The notes beneath the pieces are model-generated. The model was not told the origin of the DNA. It was given only the letters and a program-made list of their open reading frames with translations, and did not search any database. A stretch of 64,000 bases of DNA, taken from the human T2T-CHM13v2.0 reference genome, Homo sapiens. The stretch lies in the NCBI RefSeq assembly GCF_009914755.1, contig NC_060925.1; one strand, written 5' to 3'. The translations under genes were made by a program, and so were the position numbers. Shown here in pieces: positions 52,036 to 64,000 of this stretch. How positions within the stretch are numbered: position 1 is the stretch's first letter; the number at the start of each line of letters is the position of its first letter.

Positions 52036-55000
52036 CTGTGGATGTCCCCCTCCCTCGCCATTCTTAGGGCAATTCCTCTACATACACGGCCTCCTCTAGG
52101 CAGGCCAGTCTCCTCACTGGACCCCAGAGTACCTCAAGGGGCAGACACATACCTTTTGGCTTAAAGAAGCAACAGTGCGAAAAGGTGGTTTTATGTCCCA
52201 GAGTTTGCCTGCCTGACAGCCAGCAGAGAGACTTAAATGCCACCACAGTGTTTCTGTTCAAACATCAAACAGGAATCTGACAGTAAACCTTGTCCTTTTC
52301 AAAAATGCTTGACACATCAGAAAAACAAGATCACCTTTCTGGCGGTTTTATATTTCTGATCTTCTAGAGCAGAGGAAGTAGGGAAAATGAGAGCCCCACT
52401 AAATACTAGTCCCCACATCAAATTATAATGAAACCCATCAATCAGGCCCCCATGCCTGGGACAGTCTGTTTTGATAGCTGCAATCAAAACAGCAGGGCAG
52501 CACTAGAGGCTTTGGGGGAAGTTTTGTAAGTGGCTTCCTAGGACAGATCTTGTGATGCTGTTCTTATTTTCCCAGAGCTAAGTTGAAAATAAGTGTGATG
52601 TCGAGGCCACTTCCCAGACTCTATAAGCCCTGTCAGTGAAATGGAGATGCGCAGCAGATGAGCCAGATCCCCAAAGGATGGTTAGGAACCCTGCACCGTA
52701 GTGGACCAGTCTTTAAAATCAGCAGTTCTATGTTCTTCAGTAATATTTTATGCTTGCATTCAAAACACCTATGCCCTGAGGTGTAGCGCATATCTAATGG
52801 TGTTACAGGTACCAGTGGAAAAATTAGTCATAAGGACCCAACGGCAGCTCTAGCATAACCACTTCTAGGTGAAAATAAGAAAATGAGGCCAGATCACATT
52901 TTTCATTTGAGACACATGCCCCCCAGGTCTGCATTACTGGGAAACCCCAACATAGGTTTCAGCTTCACAGTTTGAGGAAGCCCAGCCCATGCCAGGTGCA
53001 GACGTTCAGCCCCAGTTGGATAATGATACTTTCTAGGGAGCTAAGTAGTGGTAACCCAACAGCACTGGTTCACGGGAGGTGGAAGGCCATCCTGAATGAG
53101 TACCTTGGGGCTTTGCAGTTGACGCTGTCCTCTTCACTGCTTATTATCAGTGACTTTCAGATGAAGGCAATTGATCAATTCTGGGCTAACACAAAACTGA
53201 AAAGGATTCAATCAGGACAGGAAGAGATTTTTTTAAAAAATATCATAAGCTCAGACTCACTAGAGGAAATACAATAGGCATACGTGAAAGGTCTTAAGAT
53301 TGGGCTCAAAAAAGTCAGCAGCAAAATATAGAAGGGGTGAAGGCAACCATGTGCTTTAGGAGGGACATTGAGAAATCTGAGCCTGCCCATAGCAGGGCAT
53401 CCAGAGTCAATTTCACAGGACTGGGGAGAGAAGTCTAAAAGACTGTCTTCAAAGACATGAAGGCTCCAAGAGGGTAGAAACCAGGACTTGGGTGAAAACA
53501 GCACCCCCACCCCACCCCTTGCTCTTCAGATGGTGTTGGTTGAAGCAGTTGCTTCCCAATGAGGGTTCTGGAGAAGTGTTAGGCGAAAGGACCGTTCTGT
53601 GGTCAAATGTGTGTGGAACTGCTGGGCTAAACACAAGCAGTCCTTTTCAAATCTGTCTCAGTGGGACCTTTGGTCAGAAGCACCAAGAGGGGCACTGTTT
53701 GCAAAGCACTTTTCTGTGAAAGGCAGCAGTGGAGACTCAGCAGAGAGAGGCATGAGGCAGAGCTTTCTGGGGTTGATGGAAGACTGAGGGATGAGTGTGT
53801 ACCATGGGATGGAATGGTTCCAAATATGGAACCAACTATCAGAAGTACTGTAAAGAAATAGGACTTGCCCCAAATTGAGCAAAACACAATGACAAACCAC
53901 ATAATTGAAATGCAGAAAAAATAGGGCCGAATTCAGGATACCATCAATTATAAGCCCTTTGAGGACAGGTATTTATTTAGATAGCTTCGGAGCTGGCTTT
54001 GTCCTTACTAGGCCCATAGTAAATATATGTTGAATTAAATTGAATTTTCGATGATTAGAACCAGCAGAAGGCAGAGATAACCTCATAGTAAATAGGAATC
54101 AGTATCCCAGGGAGGAATGTTAAGGCAACGTGGCAGGCCCATGCAGGCTGTGTCCTGGCAATATCCTGTCGGGTTCAGTAGCAGTAAAACAGGAAAGGGC
54201 ATGCGAAGGGCATCAGCAGATTGTCCTTTACCACTGCAGAGATCACTCCAGACTAAGGTGGAGTGGTTTCTTCTTCTGAATTCTTCTCTTTCTTCTCTGA
54301 ATCACTAAAACATATGACTCCTAGGCCTAAAGGAACAAAGACAACTGGCTCTCCGGAGTCGCAGAGTGATTATTGTTAAACTCCATCACCTTTTGTACAT
54401 GTAACAATTTAGAAAACATTAACCAAAAACAAAAACGAAAACAAAAACCCAAACAAACAAAAAAGCCAGGCCTTTGCATATTATTTATTGGCATGAGAGA
54501 GTCTGGCTTATGGCCAGGGGAGCAGCAGTTGGGGAGTGACACACAGGAAACCCGCCCACAGTGCCCCGGGTGTCTAAGAGATGGTCTGAAGTCCTTCATT
54601 GGCTCAGCTCTTGTCCAATGTTTCTGGCAGAAACGGCTCAGAGGCTCTTGCTCTGCCCACAAACCCTTGGAAGTTCTCCAAGCTAGGCCTGTGAAAGGTG
54701 AGGGAGGGGATGAGAGCAGAGCATAAGGACAGCAAGAATGACTTTAAACTAATCACCTCTACAAGGTTTCCCTTTTTTCATATCCAACATTTCTGAGGGT
54801 TGGTCGGCCTGGTCCCAAGGGAAGCAGGGGAGAAGGCAGGATTGAGCTGGTTGGGTAATGTCATCTGGCCTGGGCTCAGTCAAGGCACTACATGCCCTCC
54901 TCCTCCTGTACCTGGAAGAGGCCAGAAGCCTGGGAATGGGAGTGGTGGTGCTGAATGATGGGTGATCCCAGGGGTATACAGTTGACTCCAGGGTCCAAGG

Positions 55001-55489
55001 CTATTTGGGAATGATTGGGAACTCTGGGGTTCATAATCTGCTGCCTTCCTGAGCCTGGAGTTCCAACTGGGGCTGTGATGTTAATCAGGTGATCAGTGAA
55101 ATCTTACCTCATGGAATGAGCTCTGGTCTTGGAATGAGAAAGACCTAAACTGGAATTCTGACTCTACTTCTTGTCAGTTGGGTGATGTTAGTCAAATTTC
55201 TCAACCTTTCTGAGTCCCAGTTTACTCAACTACAATATGGGAGCGCTAATGCATAATTTTGTGAGGATGATGTGAATACTAAATAAGCTTATTTACATGA
55301 AATCAATTTGCAGTATAGAAAATGCAATACCGATATGAGGGGTTGTTACTTTTATAGTCACAGAAGGAGTTGACTTTTCTTCTGCTTTAAGAATATGCTT
55401 AAAATATGGCTGTATCTGAGAATATTGGATGAAAGTGCTTTAGAAATTGGCTTTGGGACAAGAGGGAAAGAAATTGCTGCCCAGCTCTT

Positions 55490-55516
55490 GTTTTTTTTTT
55501 TTTTTTTTTTTTTTTT
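55490..55516 (+). repeat. Poly-T run
   Basis: About 26 T with no adjacent Alu body. Confidence 0.95.
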
Positions 55517-56549
55517 CAGAAGCCGTCCTTGGCTTGTTAGAGGGTCCTAGACCTCTGTGAAGGTTGTTGTCTAGTTGGAGTACAAGGCATCTTTGACACT
55601 ACAGTTTTGAACCCCCCAGGTCAATTTTTTACTCTGTGTCTAAAAATACTAATTTTAAAACGAGAACCTTAGCAATCTTGATAGCTTTTCACTGAGAAAG
55701 ATATTTCTAGAGTGAACTCCGTTGGGCCAGTTTAATTCCTTGGATAATTTTTAATATAGAATTAATAAACTATTTCCAAATTTTTCCATTTTCATTTTTC
55801 TAAAATTATTTCCCTGGGATCGATTATTTTCTGTGTAAATTTTATGACAAAGATTAAATTTATTAGTTTTTGAAAGTTGTAGCTTCTGCCATTGTGAGTT
55901 TTCTATGAAACCACCAATTTACCAAATTCAAATCCCCAAAGTTAAATTTTGCAACACCACATTCTTTTATCAATGTCTAGTCATGAACACATTTTATTAT
56001 GGGATGTTTTAGCCACTGGAACTCTTATTTGAACGTTTTACTAATTCCATTCTCTCTCCATATCAAATCGTGCAGTTTCCATTGTTATCAATCAGAAGCA
56101 GTTCTTCAGTACATTCATCTGTCACACATTTCATCATGGGCTACTTTAAACATTGTCACATTTATTTTATTTTGATTATTTCTACCAGAAATATCATTGG
56201 ATTCAGGAATGCTATTTCATTTTTACTTCTTAACTCATGTGTGTTACTGTTATTAGCAGTTGTCTTTGGACATTTCTTGATGGCTCCTTTGGCTGGGATT
56301 GGCTGTGTCTTTGGCCAATAATCCAGTTCTGTTGTGCCCTTTCCGGTAGAGAAAGCGAAGAGGTCAGAGTCAATGTAAGGGAGGGTTGGAATGTCCAAAT
56401 TTGATTGGAGCTTTAAAATAAGATGAGAAACATGGTCGGATTTGGCTTTAGAAAGTCTGTTCTAGCTTTCAAGTGGAGAATGAATTGGAGAAAACAAAAA
56501 TCATTGGGAGATGGTTAGAAATTACTGCAGAAACCCAGGTGAGAGAAAA

Positions 56550-56800
56550 ATTGCAAACATTTATGTAGCACTTACTGTGTGACAAGCATTAGTTTAAGCA
56601 TTTTGTAAATTTTAACTCATTCTATCCTGATGACAAATCTGAGGAGGTAAGTATTATAACTATTTCCATTTTACAAATGAAGAAACTGAAGTACAGAAAG
56701 ATTCAGTACATGTCCAAGATTACAAACTAGCAAGGAGGTAGGTGTGGATCTAGAATTCAAACCTGGGTAGAAGGACTTCAGGGACTGAGCCCTTGACCCC
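56550..56800 (-). mobile_element. MIR inserted among L2 fragments (56380-57600)
   Basis: ttttacaaatgaagaaactgaagtacagaaag...tagaattcaaacctggg. Confidence 0.8.
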
Positions 56801-57019
56801 TCCAGTGGTTTTCTCATCCGAGAAAGAAAAGGGTGGCAAGGAGGAGGTTGTTGAGAAATGCTATGAGAAAATGGAAATTTTGAGGCTTGGTGAAAAGGGT
56901 ACGTTTCTGGCTTTGTATGTGGTAGGTGGTAGGGCTATTCCTTGAGAAAGGGAAGTTGTTTAGGGGAAAGATAATGTGTTCGGTTTTGAAGCTGAATAGG
57001 AGAATTCTAGCTATAGCGT

Positions 57020-57420
57020 ACTAAAGAGACTTACTCTGTTTTTGATGTTTGACTACTGACACCTTTCAAGCCCCATAGCTCCCCCTCTTCCTTCTGTCTC
57101 CCATGTGAGCAAACCAATAGGAAAGTTTTATGCTCCCTCCCTTGACACCAAGGAAGTTCAAAACCTGGCCTACATTGGGAACCCTCACCTTGGACCCAAC
57201 CCCTAGCAACAGCAAAAGCCAGAGCCAATCACCCCTCCTTGCTCTCTCAAGCCATTTTTGGACATGCTTGGGAGCCTGCCCTGCTCTCCCTGAAAGCCTC
57301 ATTATGTGAGTGATGAGTCTGTTCATCCTCTCTTGGTGCATGTGTGGCATTAGTCAGTTCTCAACGTCCAAACCAAATTTTGGGTCAGAAGTTGGTACAA
57401 CCTTCATCCCACACAGCAGA
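57020..57420 (+). mobile_element. ERVL solo LTR (MER74-like; family uncertain)
   Basis: tttttgatgtttgactactgacacctttcaagcccc...ttgggagcctgccctgctctccctgaaagcctcattatgtgagt...ttggtgcatgtgtggcat. Confidence 0.65.
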
Positions 57421-57780
57421 TTGGGAAATGTAGTCTAGGTGGGTTTTGGTGAGCATGTAGCTGTCCCCACCATGGATATGTTGAGTTTAAATGTCAATTG
57501 GTCATTGAGATAAGATGTTTAGAAGATTGTAGAATGGAAGGGTCTGAGGAAAGAGTTTTGAGCTGGAGCTGTACATTTATAAATCACCTTCTAGGTGATG
57601 AAAGGAGAAAAAGGTAAGAAAAGGAAAAAGAATAATTCTGTTCCTAATGTCCTTTTTGTTTAATTTTCATGTTCAAAGATTGCTTTCCAGAACCTCACCA
57701 GCAGTAGTTGGTGTTGGGGGGTGGGCGGTGGGGATTGAGTAGGAAGATGTTGAAACCATTTCAGAATGAGCAGCATTTAT

Positions 57781-57781
57781 A

Positions 57782-57839
<58 letters not shown>
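57781..57839 (+). repeat. (CA)n microsatellite
   Basis: About 29 CA units with one interruption. Confidence 0.97.
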
Positions 57840-57840
<1 letters not shown>

Positions 57841-59331
57841 GGCACGCACTTTAAAAAATGATTTGGCCCTTCCAGTTTCCTGCTCTTTTAAGCCTCCAGT
57901 GAGAGGAAAAAGGAAGTAGCGGGCTAATTGGAGAGAACTGTGAGGGAAAGGCAGAGTTGGTAAAAGAGAGAGGAAATCAGTTTGCTATTTTAAGGGTATG
58001 AAAGTCTTCCCATAAGCCATTATGTCTTCTTGCCAGTTAATTTCATTTTGAATGAAGTTGAAAGGTAATCTGATAGGTTTTGTTATTTCTGCAAATAATT
58101 CATAAATTCAGATGAACTCAGAACTCTGGCATAGAAGGAGGATTTCAAAGTCTGACAAGGTGGTAATTACCAGGACTGCACTGGGACTGACAGCTGGTAT
58201 TGGAATGATCTCCTTTTTATTGAAGTCCTCGATTAGGAAAAAAGACAGTTAAATTCAGTTAATCTGAAGCAGCCAGCAGACCTGAATTGCTTCAGTGCAG
58301 ACCAGCAGAGCTGATGTGTGTGGAGATGGCAGAGTCTTTGTGGCTGATTTAGAACGTCATACATAGAAGACTCTCACATTTTACTAATGACAAGAGCAGT
58401 TCAGATATGCAGAGAAGAATGGCATGTTCACTTCCAGAATCCTGGAGCAGCCTTAGAAAGGGAATCGGAATACATTTATTGTACTAGCAAGCTCATTTGT
58501 AGTAGCTCCCACTTTGCTCAGGCTGGAGACATATTGATGCCTTAGTTGGTTACATTCATTCTGCAATCTCTCCCCTCTCCGTTGCTCCCCTAGCAGAAAG
58601 TGAAGACAACATAAATATTTGTCTGATGAACCAGAAGAAAGATGGGCTTTTGTAAGCAATGAAGTATTGCTTTATGGTAAGGATACTTAAGCAGATAGAA
58701 TATCTTCTGCAACCTGAAATATGTGTAACCGTATGAAAAAAACACAGTTTATGTAAGTTTAAGTTTCAAGATGACTATACGGGTATTGGATAGAGTGCAT
58801 ATATTAGATAATTAGTACCTGCAAGTCTTTCATCTGTTTATTCATTCATATATTATTTATCCGCTCATTCATTCATTTATGCCATACAAGTTTATAAAAC
58901 CTCTGCCATGTACAACATAAAATGCATAAAGATGAATAAGATGAGGCTTCTTCTCTCAGTCCTCCAGGAGTTCACACCTGTCCATTTCTCTGCCTCTGTC
59001 TCCATCCATCCATTCATCCATCCATATGCCCACTGGGACCTCAGGGCCCTTAGAGGTTTAACCAAACTTCAAATCCTCACTATCATAGCTCTGTGAAACT
59101 TCGAAGTCCTCCTTATGGTTTCTCTGTGTCCCTGAGGCTTACTCCTTTTCCTGCTCTCTGCCTCTGTGCTTTAGGTCTTCCTGGCGGTCTTTATTCCAGT
59201 ACATCAGCATGGACACAAAGGCTTGCCCCTTCACTGGTTTCCACCTCTCCAATTGTGTCTCAACTATTTTGTGAATTTAATAATTTTACTCAAGATGATA
59301 GGGAGGGGCAAAGGGAAGAGTCGTATCATAG

Positions 59332-59700
<369 letters not shown>

Positions 59701-60175
59701 CTATATCCTACAATCTTATACCAAAGTAAATCATGCCCTGGAGGCTCAACTTTTACCCCAAGTCAGTTGGTCAAAAAACCATTTTCTGAAAAACTTTTCC
59801 CCAAAAGGATTTCTAGAAAAGAAAATTTCTTGCCCCCAGTACCGTATATTATTTATCCATGTACTTCTATCTTAAAACCCCAGTCTTAAGACATAGCATG
59901 GATAGATGAATGAATGTGAAGGAAAATAGGTGGTTGACAGGCAGGTGAATAAGCAGTAAGCTTTGAAACTAGTGTCAACTTCTGTATATCTCAGAAAAAG
60001 AAAATGAAAAACTTTTCTTTTTCTCAGAAAAAGAAAATGAAAATGAAAAACTTTAACAATTATAGTTCTGTTCGCATTTCTTATTAAACTAATGTTTTTA
60101 AAGTAAGTATCTTGGCCTGAAAACATAGACAGCAAGGTACAGAAATGCACTCAATTCTGTTTAAACAAAAGAGCA

Positions 60176-60599
60176 TGTATCAGTTATCTACTTCTATGTA
60201 ATAAATTACTACAAAACCTTGTTGCATAAAAAAACAAGCATTCATTATCTCATAGTTTCTGAGGACCAGGAAACTGGGAGATGCGTTGCTGGTGGTTCTG
60301 GCTCAGGAGTCTTCTTGAGGTTGGAGTCCAGATGTTGGCCAGGACTGCAGCCATCTGAAGCCTTGATCAGGGTGGAGGATTTGCTTCTGAAGGGCTCCCT
60401 CATAGGGCTGTTAGCAGGAGGCCTCAGTTCCTCATAATGTTGGCCCCTTTTCACAACATGGTACATGGCTTCTACCAGAGTGATTAGAGAGAGAGGGAGA
60501 AGTCAATGTGTTTTATGACCTAGCTTGGGAGGACACTGCACATGGGCATGGTAGCTAGGAGGTGAGGATCAAGGGCCGTCTTGGATGCTGGCTACCACA
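60176..60599 (-). mobile_element. MLT1F/G-type MaLR solo LTR
   Basis: tgtatcagttatctacttctatgtaataaattactacaaaac...ggactgcagccatctgaagccttga...ggctaccaca. Confidence 0.85.
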
Positions 60600-60833
60600 A
60601 GGCATTTACTTATGGGCATCAGAGTCAATTTTATGAACATCTGGGAGCCCAAAATCAGTTTTATAGGTGGACTGGGAAGACAAGAACTTGTGGTCTCTTC
60701 CATCCCTGCTTCTTTTTAGTTCCTTTTCTTCTCCTAGTGCTCATAGCTTAATATGACCACTTCAGGATCCAACTTCATATGTTTTTCAGTTCAGCATTAG
60801 CACCAACCATAAAAACAATGTGTTTTACTATAA

Positions 60834-60997
60834 TTTTTTTTTGAGACAGGGTCTCACTCCGTCACCCAGTGCAGTGTTGCAATCTTGACTCACTGCAGCC
60901 TCAACATCCTGGGCTCAAGTAATCCTCCCACCTCAGGCATGGTGGCAAACGCCTGTAGTCCCAGCTACTCAGGAGGCATGAGCCATTGTGCCCGGCC
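60834..60997 (-). mobile_element. Rearranged AluJ with an internal inversion and deletion
   Basis: Reverse Alu with a forward-orientation segment at 60936-60977. Confidence 0.85.
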
Positions 60998-62940
60998 TCA
61001 CTAATGTATTTTACAATTTTTATTTTTGCAATGGCTAACATTTCTTGAGCAGTTGTTTGTCTATGCAGTATGTTAACTACATTGCTAAAGTGATTACATT
61101 TAATTCCAAAATCATATGCCTATTTTGCAAATGAGGAAACTGAGAATAAGTGATATGTGAAAGGTTACAGGGCTAAAATTCTGTACCATTCATTTCAAGT
61201 TTCTTTACATAGAATCTCACTGGCCATTGCCAATCAGGTTTCCATATGTGGCCAGAAAGATGCATGTCATAGCAGAGGCTTCCCAGTTCTGAGGCTGTGG
61301 GCACAAATACTAAGCTAGATGAAAAAATTGAGCATGGCAGGAAAGTTGATTAGCATATCTGCTACAGTAAAAAATCACTTTGTTAAGCCTAAGACCTTGC
61401 CTTAATTGCCGTCATTAGTAAATAGAAATCTGCTTGCAGAGTGTGTAGATAGCAGCTAAAAGCATTAAAAGTACTCTGAAAGATTTTCTCTCAGAATATC
61501 AGCAGTTTAAATGTATGCTACTTTTTTTTCATGTTAATTTTTTGCCATCCTGTGGCTTGCTTTACAGCTACTGAAGAAGCAGGGGGTTTTTGAAATGAGA
61601 TACAAGCAAAAATTCTAGAGGATGGGTCTATGGTGGGTGTGTTTTTCAAATATACCTCTAGCTCCCCCACCAAGAGAGCAGATAAGAAGCCAGGATATCC
61701 CCATAAGAAGTAAAAAAAAACTTAAATACCAAGTACTTCATCCAACTCTATCATATTTTTGTCTCATTCCATCTTTATATATATATATATTTTTGTTTTT
61801 CCGAAAACCAGGGTGGCGAATATCAGGAATGTGGATAAGTAGGAGACAGGAGTGTTCATTCATTCATTCATTCATTCATTCAACAAACACGTGTTGAGCT
61901 TTAGTGTGCAAGGTGTCATGCTGGGGGATGGTGTGTTCAGAATTCATTCGCCATCTTTTGATAGTATTTACTGAGTACTTTTTAGCTCCCTGACACCCTG
62001 ATAGGTGCTGTGAAGGTTTAGGAAAAAACAAGTGAGTAAGTTAAGTGAGACAAGCTTCTTGTTCCAAAAATATCTTGAAATACCATTGGGAAAAGAGAAT
62101 CAACATGAACCAATTGAGGAATGAAACAAAGTAGTCATTAAGTGCAAATTTTTATGGTACAATCTCTGGGAGCACCAGGAATTTTTAGAGGAGGCTGATG
62201 AGAAAGCTAGGAGAGCTGGGGAGACTTCTTGGTGGAGGTGTCACTGCAGTGGGGTTCTGGTAACATGCAGACCATGCTGCTGTTCTCATAGGGGGCTGCT
62301 TCAAAGAGCCAGGAGAGAGAGATGGGGTCGTAAGTAAGAAAAGGGACACTCTGGAGAAAGTCCCACCACTCTGACTTGGTTTCACCCTGAGTCAGACATT
62401 TTCCTGTGTACATCTCCCCTTCCCATTCCCCTCCGAAAGTCCAGAGCGAAACTGGGTGCTTGTGATGAACACTCAAGTTCAGACTAGGCCAGGTTAGAAC
62501 CTTGTGAGCCCTGACCCTGCAGCTCACACTCCCGACTGGACTCCAAAGATGAGAATTCCACCCAGAGTTGGGGACAATTCCCTGGAGCCTTTGGTCTTTC
62601 TCTGGTTCTAAGTGAGGGGCCAGGGGCCAGGATGGGGTGGGGTCAGAGGAGAGTAACCAGGGAATATGGCATGACAGCACAACTGGAAGGGACTGGTATT
62701 ATTCAATCCGGAGAACACAGGAAGATGAAATAAAAATGATTCTTAATTACATCAAAGCTCTTATACAGTGAGAGGCTGGTGAATTGTGCTGTTTTCTCTG
62801 AAGGCATTTGAATAAATCAAAAGGGCCATTATAAAACAGTCAGAAAGTTTGGGGTTAGCACTGTTGGGCTTCCTCCCAACCTTTGACATGACCTGACACC
62901 TTGGCACAATCCACCTACGAGGGGACCTTTAGGATTTTCC

Positions 62941-63025
62941 TAGGGTGGCCAACCATCCCAGTTTGCCCAGGACTTTCAGTGCTAAAACTGGGATGGTCCT
63001 GGGCAAACCAGGGACCAAGAACACC
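62941..63025. mobile_element. MER81-like hAT-Blackjack MITE (palindromic)
   Basis: tagggtggccaaccatcccagtttgcccaggac...gtcctgggcaaaccaggga. Confidence 0.8.
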
Positions 63026-63279
63026 TCTCGTATACTTACCTTCTCAGTTCTGCTGCTCCTCCTGGCCCTGGCTCAGGTGTGGTCCCCTCTAGCACTGCCC
63101 AAATAAGGGAATTGTGACCTCTCCAGATGGAAGAGGGTAGTCCCAAATTGAACTGAGAGGGAATTTGCCCAAGAGCACATGATCCGATGGATCAGGACAG
63201 ATTCCTGGTCATAGCTGGAACCCACTGTGCCTTGCAGCCCACTATGGAGGGCACCAAGAGAATAAAACTGGAATAGTGA

Positions 63280-63633
<354 letters not shown>

Positions 63634-63885
63634 GAAAATGAATCTATTCTTGTGCCCAATTACCCCAGGGCAGGAAAACAGCCCCTGACAAAATGAGCAG
63701 ATCCGCAGACTCCATCTTTCTCATTCTCACACGAGTGAACTTAGTCACGAATCTCGTGGCTCCTGGGAGACTTGTCAGGCACAGTTTCTGACAGTTAACA
63801 AGACTGACTTTCTGCTGACAGAACTTACTTTTTAAGGGACCAAATTTCTTTGGAAAGTTTTAATTTTATCTTAAACAGACATAAG

Positions 63886-64000
63886 TTTTTTAATTTTTTA
63901 AATTTTATTTATTTACTTACTTATTTTTAGACAGTCTCACTCTGTCATCCGGGCTGGAGTGCAGTGGTGCGATCTCAGCTCACTGCAACCTCCGCCTCCT
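63886..64000 (-). mobile_element. Alu, truncated by the window end
   Basis: T-rich tail then agacagtctcactctgtc...cactgcaacctccgcctcc. Confidence 0.9.

Overview
Primate, most likely human, genomic DNA: Alu-rich, with no prokaryotic-type features. The window holds the 3' half of CNIH3 (cornichon homolog 3, an AMPA-receptor auxiliary subunit; chr1q42 from recall) on the + strand. The three final coding exons are 37262-37374, 41363-41506 and 46127-46154, with canonical AG/GT sites and consistent phases. They encode [38 protein letters not shown] / [48 protein letters not shown] / MIYTLVSS*. A ~1.2 kb 3'UTR ends near an ATTAAA at 47330. Positions 1-37261 are the distal part of a long upstream intron, and ~47.4-64 kb is downstream flank. 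The rest is mostly Alu, MIR, L1, L2, MaLR/ERVL solo LTRs, MER5/Tigger/hAT DNA transposon fossils and microsatellites. Almost all ORFs in the supplied track are spurious. I found no convincing new protein-coding system. The best leads are RNA-level: an Alu-flanked exon 4-5 circRNA with a 98-aa junction-spanning ORF, several cryptic, poison or alternative terminal exon candidates, an antisense splice donor beside exon 4, and two clean template-switch micro-rearrangements. Exon numbering and repeat subfamily names are from memory. Repeat boundaries are approximate unless target-site duplications (TSDs) are quoted.
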